Shown here piece after piece: positions 51,214 through 63,895 of a stretch of DNA of 64,000 bases. This DNA comes from Octopus sinensis (lineage: Eukaryota). The stretch's first letter is position 1, and each line of letters begins with the position of its first letter. A model generated the notes under the pieces. That model saw nothing but the letters and a program-made list of their open reading frames with translations. It was not told where the DNA came from and did not search any database. Made by a program: the position numbers and the translations under genes. Location: contig NC_043013.1 in NCBI RefSeq assembly GCF_006345805.1, positions 24,180,001 through 24,244,000 of the forward strand. The letters are read 5' to 3'.

Positions 51214-52511
51214 TACATACATACATACATACATACATACATACGTATGTATGTATGTATGTATCTCAAAATAGGAATTTAAATCTTAAAAGGAAAAGTC
51301 AAATTGAAATTGCCATTGTTTGCATAAACAGAGAGTATGTTTTTATTCCATATCTCATAGAATGTTCCCCAATTCATTCAATGTTGTGTTATCCAGGTCA
51401 TATTAAATGGAAATCTGTAATCAGTCAAAAGTCCATTCCTTTCTTCCGATGTCATGATCTGAAGGCACCAATGACTAAATGAATGCATTAGCATAAGTTC
51501 ATTGGAATGTGTCAAAATATGTAAATAGACCAGATACAGCTTTTACTTGATATCTCCTGCAGCTTTTAAGACAATAAATTGTAATTAAAACTGTTTGAAA
51601 TTTGTCTTATTGATCAAAGCACTAAACAGAGCAATCATCATCCATTTAATGACTTTTGTGGCGACAATAGCAGTAAGATAAAATTCTCTAAAAAGGTCTA
51701 CATTTTTAATTCATCCCCTGCTTTATGCTACAATCCCATCAAAGCCATATGCAAGCACATAAACTAACGTGAAGACATCCAGCTAGAAGAAACCATCCAA
51801 AACCAGACATTTGGAGCCTGTTGCTGTCCTCTGGCTTATCAGCTCCTGTCAAACTGTTCAACCCATGCCAGCATGAAAAACGGATGATTACTACGATGAT
51901 GATGATGATGAGACACATACATGGATATTCATATATAGTTGCAAATAGATGTTCACACATATAGATATACGTATATAAAACCTATGGAAGCTATCAAGTG
52001 AAAGCTATTAAGTGTTTGGCTTGTTTACATATTGTGATATGCTCACATGAATACATCCTAAAACATTCAGTTAGCTATTTACATATTGTGGTATGCCCAA
52101 ATGAACTTATCCTAAAACATTCATTTAGACAATGGTGCCTTCAAATCATGACATCTCAGGAAGCAAGGGACTATAAAATTATTACATATTTTCATATACT
52201 ATGTCTCGTATTACTCAACATAATATGAATTGCATAATATTGTATGAGATTTAGAATTAAAATTTTGGTCTTTTTACAGAAACAATTGTTATGTCAATTT
52301 GACTTCTCCTTTCTTTATTTAAATTACTGCTTTTATTATTTGCTCTGCAGGGCTTATTTTAAGCCTATTGGCTCTTACTTTGGACTTGTATAGTGCTCCT
52401 TTATGTGTATATATATATATAAATAGATGTTTATAAATAGTCGATTCAAATGAATGAACAAAATAAACGGACAACATGAGGACATGCACAAGGAAATATA
52501 TTATATTATAT

Positions 52512-52747
52512 TGTAAGGCGATGAGCTGGCAGAAACATTAGCGCGCCGGGCGAAATGCTTACCGGTAATTCGTCTGCCGTTACATTCTGAGTTCAAATTC
52601 CGCCGAGGTCGACTTTGCCTTTCATCCTTTCGGGGTTGATAAATAAAGTACCAGCTTCGTACTGGGGTCGATGTAATCGACTTAACCCCTTTGTCTGTCC
52701 TTGTTTGTCCCCTCTATGTTTAGCCCCTTGTGGGCAGTAAAGAAATA
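52512..52747 (+). mobile_element. tRNA-derived SINE family B, full length
   Basis: tgtaaggcgatgagctggcagaaacattagc...gagttcaaattcc...gggcagtaaagaaata. Confidence 0.85.
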
Positions 52748-52841
52748 TATATTGTAGTGCACCTGAGCACTATACACAATAATTTCATTATTATTATTAT
52801 GATATAATATATGTTTATATATATGCATATTATATTACATT

Positions 52842-52888
<47 letters not shown>

Positions 52889-53144
52889 TATTACATTCCA
52901 ACATATATAACCACGTATCTATGCGGTGTTGACAAGTCACAAAAATGATGAAACATCAATGTCTATCATTCCTGAATGGGACTGGGTGTGAGTTATCTTG
53001 CTTGTCTATGATTTCCAGGTGTTTTAACATCATAAAAATTGATGAGAATAAATCTTACGCCAACAAGTACAGCCTACCCACAAACTAGCAAAACACATAC
53101 CTTGTATGCATATTTGATATTGCTTATATATGTTGAGCTGCTTT

Positions 53145-53182
<38 letters not shown>

Positions 53183-53189
53183 AATATAT

Positions 53190-53224
<35 letters not shown>

Positions 53225-53235
53225 ATATATATATA

Positions 53236-53430
53236 CGTTTAAACATTTGTTGTGCAAGATTTTTTATGTGAAGTCGTGTGTTGAAACAGATATTGTTATA
53301 TTTCGGAATATTTATTGGCTAAACTGGCAATATGACCATTCCGAAATATAACAATATATATATATATATATATACACATATCATCTACCTCTCTATCTAT
53401 ATAGATACATATGTATCATCTATCTGCCTG

Positions 53431-53496
<66 letters not shown>

Positions 53497-53570
53497 AAAA
53501 AAGGTTTGAAAATGCATTTTCAAACCTTTTTTCTTATATAATCCCACTCGTGCGATACCCCACAACTCAA

Positions 53571-53623
<53 letters not shown>

Positions 53624-53666
53624 ATATTTTGGAATGGTCATATTGCCAGTTTAGCCAATTTAAACG

Positions 53667-53672
<6 letters not shown>
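53236..53672. mobile_element. Rearranged Penelope-like terminal fragments in (TA)n, including a 52-bp perfect palindrome (53489-53540)
   Basis: Same family as 63893-64000. Forward piece 53236-53309 is joined to inverted piece 53311-53357; a reciprocal arrangement occurs at 53618-53670. Confidence 0.55.
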
Positions 53673-53703
<31 letters not shown>

Positions 53704-53991
53704 ATCTACACATGTACATATTGTTTGTAGCTGTTATATTATGCATATGTTGCATATATTTACATACACACACACATAACCATATACATATAGATGTATG
53801 TACATGTATTAACATATTTTGTGGAAATGTTTGAAATAGTTGCACTTATGTAATGATTAAATTATTTTCACTGGTTTAATAAAATAGATAATTATAATGT
53901 TGTTTTGCTTTTTAATTTTTGCTTGTCAGTAAACAAATCAAACCAGCAATCAAAGTTGAATTTCTGCCAAATTTTCAAATATATCATCTTA

Positions 53992-54050
<59 letters not shown>

Positions 54051-54792
54051 TAATAACAATAATAATATGAACAAAATTATGCTTTTGTGCTTCTCCGGGT
54101 TTGGTGGAACACCATGTTATTTTGAGCAACTGTCTTCTGCTAAGGATATGAAACTGGATGACAATAGCAGGTAGTCTAGTGGGCTTCCATATATTCTCTA
54201 TCAAAATTTACAAATAAGGTGTCTGCCTGAAAGAAAGGCACAAAACACTTGTCTACAAAGGAGTTAGTGTAAGGTGAGCAGACCCTACAGAGACAGACCC
54301 TTTATATGTGTGTTTATTTGCTATAGGTCAAAGGGTTGGTAATTGTAATGGAATTAAATGGCCAAAACTTATGCTTTGCCACTGCTTGCCCAAGACTTAG
54401 CTCAGTGATATTGAATGTAGGAAGACTGATTTACAAAACAAACTTCTTAACCATGTTGTTATGTGTGTAATCTGATATATACTCTGGGACTCTTTATTTG
54501 AAATCCTTACGTTGTATATTTAAACAAAAATTAGTTATAAAGATCAACGTTTCTTGGTGATCTTCTTAGCTCTTATTGGATCAAATATACTGGAAGCATG
54601 TTCTCCTCTGCAATTAAGATCACAGACATATATTATTCAAGGTTTAAAGTTGGAAGTGAGTTGGTTTGGGTGGTTATTTCACTGCTAAATGTAGCAGGTA
54701 AATACAAAGAAGTAGTTTTACTGGTTTGCTTATATCAGCTTTAATATTATAATCATAATAGGATAACAGACAATGTTTAGTATTAGTTTGTA

Positions 54793-56043
54793 CAGGATGG
54801 GGCAGAGAGGTCGGACGTTTTCGAAAAATTCACAAAATCATTAATTTTTAGCTACAAACAAATTTTATTGACATCAATGTGTCTGTATTGAATTAGCATT
54901 TGTCAAAATCAAGTGTGGAAAACAACATCCATCATGTGGTGTCTGTTCATTGATGCATTTCTGAAGGCGTTTTTGGAAGTTGTCCAATGTATAGGACTTA
55001 TGCACACACACGCACACACACACGTGTCTTGAGGTTTCCCTATAAGAAATAATCACACATGGACAAATCAGGGGACTGAGGGAAGCCAAGGAATGTCAGC
55101 AAACCAGGAAATGAGGTGGTCACTGAAGAGAGGTCAAAGAATGTTCACTGATGCTCTGGCTGAGTGGGCCATCACCCCATCCTGCTGAAACCATACACGT
55201 CGAATAGGCATACGTTTTCGTCATAATTCGGTCACAAAGAAGTTGTTTATCATCTCAATGTAATACTCGGAGTTCACAGTAACAGCATTTCCATTATTGT
55301 CTTCAAAAAAGTAAGGAACAATGACGGCAGCTTTTCCAATAGCACACCAGACTGTCACTTTTGGCCTGTGCAGTGGTCTTGCATGTGGTTCTCTTAGATT
55401 TTCAAGAGCCCAACAATGACAGTTCTGTTGATTCACCATGCCATTAAGATGAAAATGAGCTTCATCACTCATTAACAAAACGAGGTTGTCATTTGCTTCA
55501 TAAATTGCTTCCATCTGTGCATAGTCCCATGGTTTCAAATGTTGCCCAATGACCAATTTGTATGGGTGAAAATGCAGGTCTTCATGCAAAATATCGATTG
55601 ATTACTGATGCCAATTTCAGAGAATGCCTCTGAGCAGAGTGATTCAGACTCCATATCAAAGCTTATCTGATGCGTTCCACATTTTCCAGGGTCTGTATCA
55701 TTCGTAGCACCCCCACCAGTTTCCTCTTCAATAGGGTACCTCATGTACAAAGTGCATTTATCCAACGTAAGATTGTGTTACAGGTGGGAACAGCCTGATT
55801 TCGGTGAATGTTGAAGTGGTGCTGAAACTCGTGTTGAACTGGTGTGACAGACTCATCATTCTTCACGTAACTGCCATAGGCAAACACACGATGCTCTATT
55901 GTCCACAATGCTATGGCTTCATCTGAAAAGAAAAAAAATTCTAAGACACCACAAACCGAATGATACCTGTTGGACATATGTCTCTCCCAGTGGGGCTAAG
56001 TAATAGCCATTCCAAAAACGCCCATCCTCTCTGCCCCACCCTG
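54793..56043 (-). mobile_element. Full-length rosa-type (DD41D-like) Tc1/mariner element, ORF disrupted
   Basis: Imperfect ~33-bp TIRs cagg(a/g)tggggcagagagg..., TA on both sides; LHFHPYK...MSDEAHFHLNGMVNQQNC...PKVTVWCA...PYFFE. Confidence 0.88.
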
Positions 56044-57407
56044 TACTTTGGTGATGGAAATGGGTCTTAAAGAATTAGAGATAGGCTATAGAATGTGAGG
56101 CTAATATTGGAAAGGAGACATTGGTGTAAAGGTTGTAAATCTTGTCTCACTCCAGAAAAGTACAGGAATATCACTTGACTGCATAGCCTCCCCACCATCC
56201 ATTACTTTTGTGCCACTGACAACTTCAGTAACACAGGCCAATGAGGGAGATCCTGCTAGAAATAGCCTTCAAATTTCTTGTGCCATTTCAAAACATGAAG
56301 GTCAAGTGTTACAGAAAATGATTAAAATCATCATTGCTGAGTCACGCTTGGTCAGGTCAATGTGGACCCAAACCCAAACAATAACTACCTCAGTTATTAA
56401 TATATTCTCTGCCTACTACTCTTCCAGCTTCTATCATAAAATTATGACACATTTCTGCTCGTGCTGCTCTGTGATGAATCCTGTGTTCTTACATTCGGTA
56501 CAAAACACAAGCTGATGCTGCTACTACAGTCTGACATTCTTTTGCTGACATTCTAACATTCTTTGTTATCACTGTCTAGAAACATACCAAAACTATTACT
56601 AATTCACATGAAATATATTTACCGAGCCCAACTAGTTTAGTGTTAGTCTTGTTTTATAGTCCCAGGTCATCCCAGATTAAGTAAACATAAGAATGATCAA
56701 AGTATTCCAGCCATGAACATCCTGTCTTTTATTTAGACTAAGTATATTTTGGAATATACAATCCAAAGCATCCTGTCTAGCTTCAAATTACAGTCTAACA
56801 AATCCTATTATTTTCAGTGTGGTATAGTGTGAGTTGAAGGCGATTGACAGCTATTTCTAGCTGACCGATGCATTTTCATTAGTTCTACTGCAAAAGGTAG
56901 TCGGTGGTGATAAGATTGGTTGATAATGCTCAAAGAATGGTCAGGCTTGAAACTATTTAAAACAAATAAACATTCTTTATACATTGTATTAGCTCAGTCA
57001 ATTGAGCTGTTGGTAATTTGGATAGCATATATACATACTTGCATATACACACACACACATTAACCATAAATCAGGAGATATGAGACTTGAACATACTTAT
57101 TCAACCACTTGTCATCATCCTTAGGATTGCAGCCATTTCACAACCTTCACCATGTAATAATAATTTCTGCTTATAATAAATTATGTTTACATGTGAACAC
57201 AAATATGCATTATGCAATATAATTGTATGTTTACTAATCAGAGCAGATATAAGAATCTAGCTCATCAAATCACCAGAACATCATGGTTACACCAATGCTT
57301 TAATTCTATTCTCCTCCATATTAGATTACTATGTAGTCTGCTAGCCAAGTCCACTAGAGCAGCTTTCTGTGACAGCTACTCAATTCTATGAATCCATATG
57401 ATACACT

Positions 57408-57479
<72 letters not shown>

Positions 57480-57539
57480 ATATATTTCCTCACTTAGTCA
57501 AGTGAATCTTTTCCTTTCCCTCCTTTTTCCTTTCCTTCT

Positions 57540-57760
57540 TTCCTGTTTTGCAAGTCACCTCTTGACCTCACTAGTGCTAGTGCCACATAAAAAGCACCCA
57601 GTCTACACTGTCAAGTGGTTGGGATTAGGAAGGGCATCCAGCCATAGAAACCATGCGAAAGTAGATAACAAAGCATGATGCAATCCCATGGGTCACTGGA
57701 TTCTGTCAAATTGTCCAACTCATGTCAGCAAGGAACATGAATGTTAACTGATGAGGATGA
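57540..57760 (+). mobile_element. Degenerate SINE family C copy
   Basis: gtgccacataaaaagcacc...ttaggaagggcatccagc...gttaactgatgaggatgat tail. Confidence 0.6.
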
Positions 57761-58037
57761 TTTATATATATATATACCGGAGTAAATGCATAAATGTGAA
57801 ACAAGGTGGAAAAAAGAGTACTCAAATACCAGTGGTAGAGTAATATGCTTTATTTAAAGCAGCAGAAAATTCAACAAATATATCATCATCATCATATATA
57901 TATATATAACTTTTGGCAGTATAATTACATAACAAAACAGAAGACTAGAAAAAACTTTTGGTATTATTTATTCTCCATTACAAATATTTCATTACCTAAT
58001 AGGAGTTACATAAGAATACATGTAGAGACATATATAT

Positions 58038-58065
<28 letters not shown>

Positions 58066-58069
<4 letters not shown>

Positions 58070-59830
58070 AGGTAAGTAGAGTTAGCGGTTGGAAAATCTG
58101 TCTAAGGAATAAAAATATTCGTTCTTACTACTGGTATCATTTACCTATGTTAACCCTGGGCATGGGTGTGCAAGTACACTATGCTCATAGGGTACTAGTA
58201 ACAACAGAATAAACAAAAGTTTCTCAGGAATCAAATTTAAATAAGCAGAAAATGGTGAAAACTTTTGATCAACAAACAAATTGACAAACATTGGTTAATT
58301 AGTTTTTAATACGAAACATAACATTTCTTATGGCCATTTCGGCTGCCAAAGAAAATTCTGAAAATAATATTCGTCATCTTTATAGCACATCCGATCTAGT
58401 ACATGGAGCTTCATCAAAGTGAATACAAACATATAAAATAAGAGGGTAGAGGAAAGAACAGGGCCTCGAGATGAGGCCAAAACGCTCAATATATTAGAAT
58501 CATACCATTTTGCAGTGTGAAGCTTGAAGTTGATAATTAACTGATGTTGGTCAATTTGTTTGTTTCTCCATTTTCTGCTTATGTTAATTTATATATGTAT
58601 TCCATAGATGGGAATCAGATATTCTTCATATAGAATACACTTAACAGTGCTCAAGAGATTTAAACTTGAGTAGAGATAGAAGTAAATTTAAGGATAAGCA
58701 AACTAGACAGATCAAAATATAAAGTATATTAAAAACATGGAATGCAGAAAAAATATATATGTTTACATACCAGGCACATATGAACACTTTTTCCAATCCA
58801 AATTCTAAATTATCAAGCACCTTAGTAACTTATATACACAACCTCAAATCTCAAAATATTCCATATACCCTATGCTGGTCCATGACAAGTGAGGCTCCCC
58901 CATACATTTCAAACATTAGTATGAGTAAATTATGTTTAAGAGAATCGTTAACCATTCTTCACCTCTACAACCCCTCATTACTTAATAGATTCTCAGATGT
59001 AATTTTGTCTTGCAAACACAAGTACTACTCATCATTCATACATTTCTTTAAATCCATGTAATTCATACTCAAAATTAACATTGAATTAAGACAAGGTCAG
59101 CCTTGCAACATACTACCTCAACAAATGATAGCTCTAACTAATCTTTCTCATATTTACCTTTCCAAATTCTTCTAAACCACTACTTCCCACTTCCCTAATA
59201 GCCTCCCCACCCTCTTAAGTAGCCTCCTATTTCTCCTCCTTACCAAAAGTACTTAATAGTACCTCCTGTCAACCTCTATCCATCTCCTTATTCACTTCCC
59301 TGTATTCAATTTCTTACACCACTGCAACCCCCCCCCCTTCAACACCTATCCATTCCTTTGTCCCCACTATCCACTGCTATATTTACTACCAACTCATCTC
59401 TTATACCCCTCTACATACCTCAATAATCTTCCACAGCCACTGAACCAGCCAACTTATTTCCCTCAAATAATGGCCATTCCCTTTCTCACTAATAGACTAC
59501 AACACCCTCCCCTTTCCTCCTACCTTCCACCTCTACTACTATAACTCCCAACTAGCCTCCTTATTACCCCTCATTTTCTCCTCCTACTGTTCCCTATCTG
59601 GTTACCTCCTCAATTCCCCCCTCTAATACACTTAGATCTCCACAAATTCATTCCATCTTTGAACTTCTTTCCTTCAATACCTCAAATGTAAAGACCTCCT
59701 CCCTGAAGATGGAAGATTGTCTAACCCAACAACGGAATTAATTTACAAACATTATTTTGGACCATTGAGCCCCTGGAAACAGATGTTGGATTTGTAATAC
59801 TTTTCTTGAACCCCTTTCATTCTCTATATC
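58066..59830 (+). mobile_element. Penelope-like element remnant with GIY-YIG endonuclease C-terminus and 3' hammerhead-like motif
   Basis: 58759-59061 STLVTYIHNLKSQNIPYTLCWS...LCLRESLTIL...LLNRFSDVILSCKHK matches the PLE GIY-YIG C-terminal pattern. CTGAAGA 59703 ... GAAA-cagatg-TT-gga 59776-59790. Starts at (TA)n. Confidence 0.65.
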
Positions 59831-60597
59831 ATCTGCATTCTGTGCAAGCCAGAGCTTTTTGTATGCAAACATATATACATTTTCTGTACTCCATGTTTAT
59901 AATATACTTTATATTTTGATCTGTCTGACTTGCTTATCCTTACATTTACATACATATATATATATATAAATAAATACACATATACACACACATACAATTT
60001 AAAACAGTCTGATTTGCTTCCGTGCGATTTAAAATTTTGCAGGACCCTAAACAGGAGCCCACCTCTTTCAGGCTTTAGATTGCTGAATGGATGCAGGAAG
60101 TCCAAGATGGTTACTGGAAAATAGTCTGCTATTGGTCAAGGCAGGTCACATGATGTTGTCAAAGAATATCAATTGCTCAGTGTCAGCAATTCCTTCATAA
60201 AGGGGAATTTCTTGGATGGTGTGACTGGGCAGGAAGCTGGTTGAACCTAAGTGTCTGGATATGGCAGAAGGCTGGTGAGTGTGTGGATTTGTGTGCGTGC
60301 ACACACACACACACAGATATTGTAAACTTTGGTGAATAGTAGTGAGAATAATGTGAATGTGTTGTTGATTGTCTAGCTGGTTGAATTTGGTTTTTGTCTT
60401 CTCACTGAACATTAACACATCGTCTTTGATGGGAGAGTCTGTCATATATACACATACACATAACTAATATATATATATATATATATATATACATACAATT
60501 TAAAAATAGGATAAAATCTTCATAAGAATTTATCAAGTAGTTAGCGTGAAAAACCGCATAAGAGAAAAAAAGTCATCAATTTTTTTTCTTTAAATTT

Positions 60598-60819
60598 ATT
60601 TATATTATATAGAGGGCACTATTACACATAGATGCCACATGCTACGAGGGTCTCTTAAAGCCAAAACTACTAAAATAAATAAACACATCGTTTATTAAAT
60701 GACTTGCCTTGAGAATTGGTTTCGGTACGATGTGTTTATTTATTTTAGTAGTTTTGGCTTTAAGAGTCCCTCCTAGTGTGTGGCATCTATGTGTAATAGT
60801 ACCCTCTATATAATATAAA

Positions 60820-60820
<1 letters not shown>
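60598..60820. repeat. Fold-back inverted repeat (~92-bp arms, 35-nt loop) in (TA)n
   Basis: tatattatatagagggcactattacacatagatgccac...aaacacatcgt vs acgatgtgttt...gtggcatctatgtgtaatagtaccctctatataatata. Confidence 0.9.
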
Positions 60821-60850
<30 letters not shown>

Positions 60851-60859
60851 CACACACAT

Positions 60860-61180
60860 ATGTCCAGGGGTTCCTTAAAAGTAGTAGATAGCTTTCGTTA
60901 CCAAGTCAGCAGTGGAGGAGGATCCTCTGAAAGTACAGATGCTAGATTAAGAACAGGCTGGATGAAGATCAGTGAGCTACAACCTTTGTTGGTAAAAAAA
61001 GTTCTCTCTCCCAGGGCGAAATACAGATTGTATGATGCCTGTGTATGGTTAGCAGCTTTGCTACATGGGAGTGAAACATGGGCTGTGACTGTAAACAAAG
61101 TGCAAAGGTTCATAAGAAATGAAACCTGCTCCACTGGATGTGCAGTGTTAGGTGCATGGACGATGAGTTGAAGTGTTTTA
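60860..61180 (+). mobile_element. RTE-clade LINE fragment
   Basis: SLKVVDSFRY..SSGGG..ES..AR.R.GW...RLYDACV...LHGSETWAVT. Confidence 0.8.
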
Positions 61181-62215
61181 AGAGAAAAAAACAAAACAAC
61201 AAAGTGTTTATTTTTGGTTCTATACTTTTTGTTTAATTTTCTTTTGCACACCTTTACAAAGCTGAACTTGAATCAGCTTCTGAATAAATTAACATTCATT
61301 AACTAAATAAGGATTGTTGGCATTTTTTTAAAGCAATTTATCCCAAAATATAGTGAATTCATATTTATTTTAGATATTAAACTTGACCAAAGGTGAGCAC
61401 AGCTGCTAGTTGCTGAGTAAAGTTGATAATAAATGAATGGTAAACAATGTCCACAAAATAGTCAGATTCTGGTGACTGGAACCAGTAAAAGAGTCCAATG
61501 TCACGTTTGTGTCTAATCAATGTATAAATAAATAAGAGAAAACAATCAGGATAGTAAAGATGACATTTAACAAAGGTTAATGAGTGACAGTGTTGCTATT
61601 GGTGATATATCATTCAATGTAAAGCTGTTTTTCATAATTTCTGTAATGGCTCGAAATCACAGTTGCATTGGAAGAACAGGATATATATATAATGGAATTA
61701 TTAAATATTAACAATACTTGCAGAGAAATAATGGAATGGAGGAAGTACGTAATAGAATTGAAATGTTAGAACTAAAATAATGACAGGAGAGAATTCATCT
61801 ATTAGATCAGTCTTGATAATAGTGGAGTCAATAAAATGAAGTGTTAAAACACTCAGAAGAAATAGAGTAATAAAAGTAGCGTTGTAAGAGTTGATTAATT
61901 CTCCGTAACAATACAGTCAGTCTTGCTTTGAAATATATTTTTGGGTTGAGAGAAAATAGAGGCTCAATAATTGATGAGTTATTATTTTAAATCTTATTTG
62001 GCTTGATTTAGCTTTGGTGTGATCAGAGCCATTATAGACTCAGACTGCTTCTATAGTAGTTATAAGAAATATCAACTGATATCTGAAATCTCATGTAGCA
62101 TTGGTAAAACTACATGAAGAAAATTATGCCACATGCCATAAAGCATATCAATTAATGTATCCTGTGGAGTGTATCACATGAAAGTTGCTTTGGATCAAGG
62201 TTTTGTATAGTAATT

Positions 62216-62335
62216 GGCGTAGGAGTGGCTGTGTGGTAAGTAGCTTGCTAACCAACCACATGGTTCCGGGTTCAGTCCCACTGCGTGGCATCTTGGGCAA
62301 GTGTCTTCTGCTATAGCCCCGGGCCGACCAAAGAG
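62216..62335 (+). mobile_element. SINE family A, 5' head only
   Basis: ggcgtaggagtggctgtgtggtaag...ggttcagtccc...gggccgaccaaag. Confidence 0.8.
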
Positions 62336-63227
62336 TAATTGCTTTATAGAATTATGGACTATAAGGTTAGATAATTTTTCTCAACAGAATTGAAGTTGGG
62401 TATTACAACAAATGCAACAGACTCAGGGTAATAAGAGAGAAAGGTTAAGCTGAATAGAATTGAATCTGTAGTAAGAGAAAGTCAGAAAACATTGTGCAGC
62501 AGTAGAGAGTCAAATGAGATTCAGTTAACAGGGGTTAGATTAAATTCAGTAAGAATGAATTAGAAGACACTCAACATGAGTGGAGTGGAGAGTTATATAA
62601 GACACTCATTATGAGTGGAGAGTTAGATGAGACTGAATGGAGGGTTAGATTAAGAGAGGAGGAAGTATGTGAACTAAAGTAATGAGAGGAGAGAACGGGG
62701 ACAGTACATTGGTCTTAATGAGAGTGGAGGACAAGACTTAATATAACTGTGGTGAATGAGTAAACAAATTGAATAGATGAGGAATGGAATGTAAGAGTAT
62801 CTCTGGTGGAAATGAGGGAATAAAAGTGGAAGATTAAATGAGAGCGAGAAGAAAACTGAAGTGAACTATAGGAAGACATCAATAAAACCAAATATGGAAG
62901 CATAATATTAAACTTGTTAGAACTGAAATTATGGATAAGAAGTATTGCAATAGATTGAACTTACCAAAAATAATAATGGAAAGGAATGTTAAGAGAAATT
63001 TGTGAGTTGAACAAACAAGCAAGCCATTAGGTGGTCACTAGCTCTGCTAGAAATAACAACCAATTCTCCTTCAAATCATCATATCTAACCTTATTAAATA
63101 AGGAAAGAATATTAGATAATGTAGTGTAACATATTCCCCAAACGAATATAGTCACAATTGGACTACTTTTGGTAACAGGTCTGCTTGAAACAGAGCTGAT
63201 CTGAGGCAAAAACAATTTTGACATTCA

Positions 63228-63384
63228 TTATTGCAGATGTTCAGCAAGCTGGTATTTGATACCCATTAATTTAAATACAAACACTGATATTTTCTCATAC
63301 AGTAGAAAGGTAATGGCACCACTAAGAAAGCTCTGAAGTAGTCTGGCTTCAAATCCACTGTACAGTGACGAGAATCCTCCAAAT
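63228..63384 (-). CDS. SLC25A17: Terminal exon of peroxisomal mitochondrial-carrier-family protein PMP34 (SLC25A17-like); upstream exons lie outside the window
   Basis: Acceptor ttgtttctttacag|A (phase 2), then FGGFSSLYSGFEARLLQSFLSGAITFLLYEKI...LMGIK. This resembles the PMP34 C-terminus [27 protein letters not shown] as I recall it. TAA at 63228-63230. Confidence 0.75.
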
Positions 63385-63469
63385 CTGTAAAGAAACAACA
63401 TTTTGGGGGGATAAATCATACTGATTACCATAACAATATGCAATGCAGTATAGTATATCGAATAGGGTG

Positions 63470-63720
63470 TGTGGTCGAGTGGTTAGGGTGTTGCATTTAT
63501 GATTGTAAGATTGTGGTTCTGATACCCAGAATAGGCAGTGTGATGTGTTCTTGAGCAAACCACTTCATTTCATATTGCTCTGTGATCACTTTGACATCTG
63601 ATTTGTGGCACACCTGTACAGGTAATGTTGATTTGATGGAAAGCAGGAGTTAATGTACAGCACAAACATTTATAAACAAATCATTTGTGCAGGTTGTTCA
63701 GCAATAAATTGCAAAATTGC
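63470..63720 (+). mobile_element. tRNA-head SINE family E (degenerate), in the SLC25A17 intron
   Basis: gggtgtgtggtcgagtggttagggtgttg...gtgttcttgagcaaaccacttcatttcatattgctc. Confidence 0.6.
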
Positions 63721-63843
63721 CTTCCTTGGACTCAAGAGACCACCAACAACAATATATAGTCTCTCTCTCTCTCTCTTTCTACAGATATATATATATAAGT
63801 TTAAATATTATATATATATATATATATATATAAGTTTAAATAT

Positions 63844-63892
<49 letters not shown>

Positions 63893-63895
<3 letters not shown>

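Noticed and set aside
29669-53845. Many ORF-track proteins rich in IY, CV, HT, RE, LS or poly-I/L
   Set aside because: Translations of microsatellites; no coding signal.
56100-56560. 101-aa ORF 56210-56515 as a gene
   Set aside because: No recognisable domain; probably an antisense reading of a decayed LINE, which is itself too degenerate to call.
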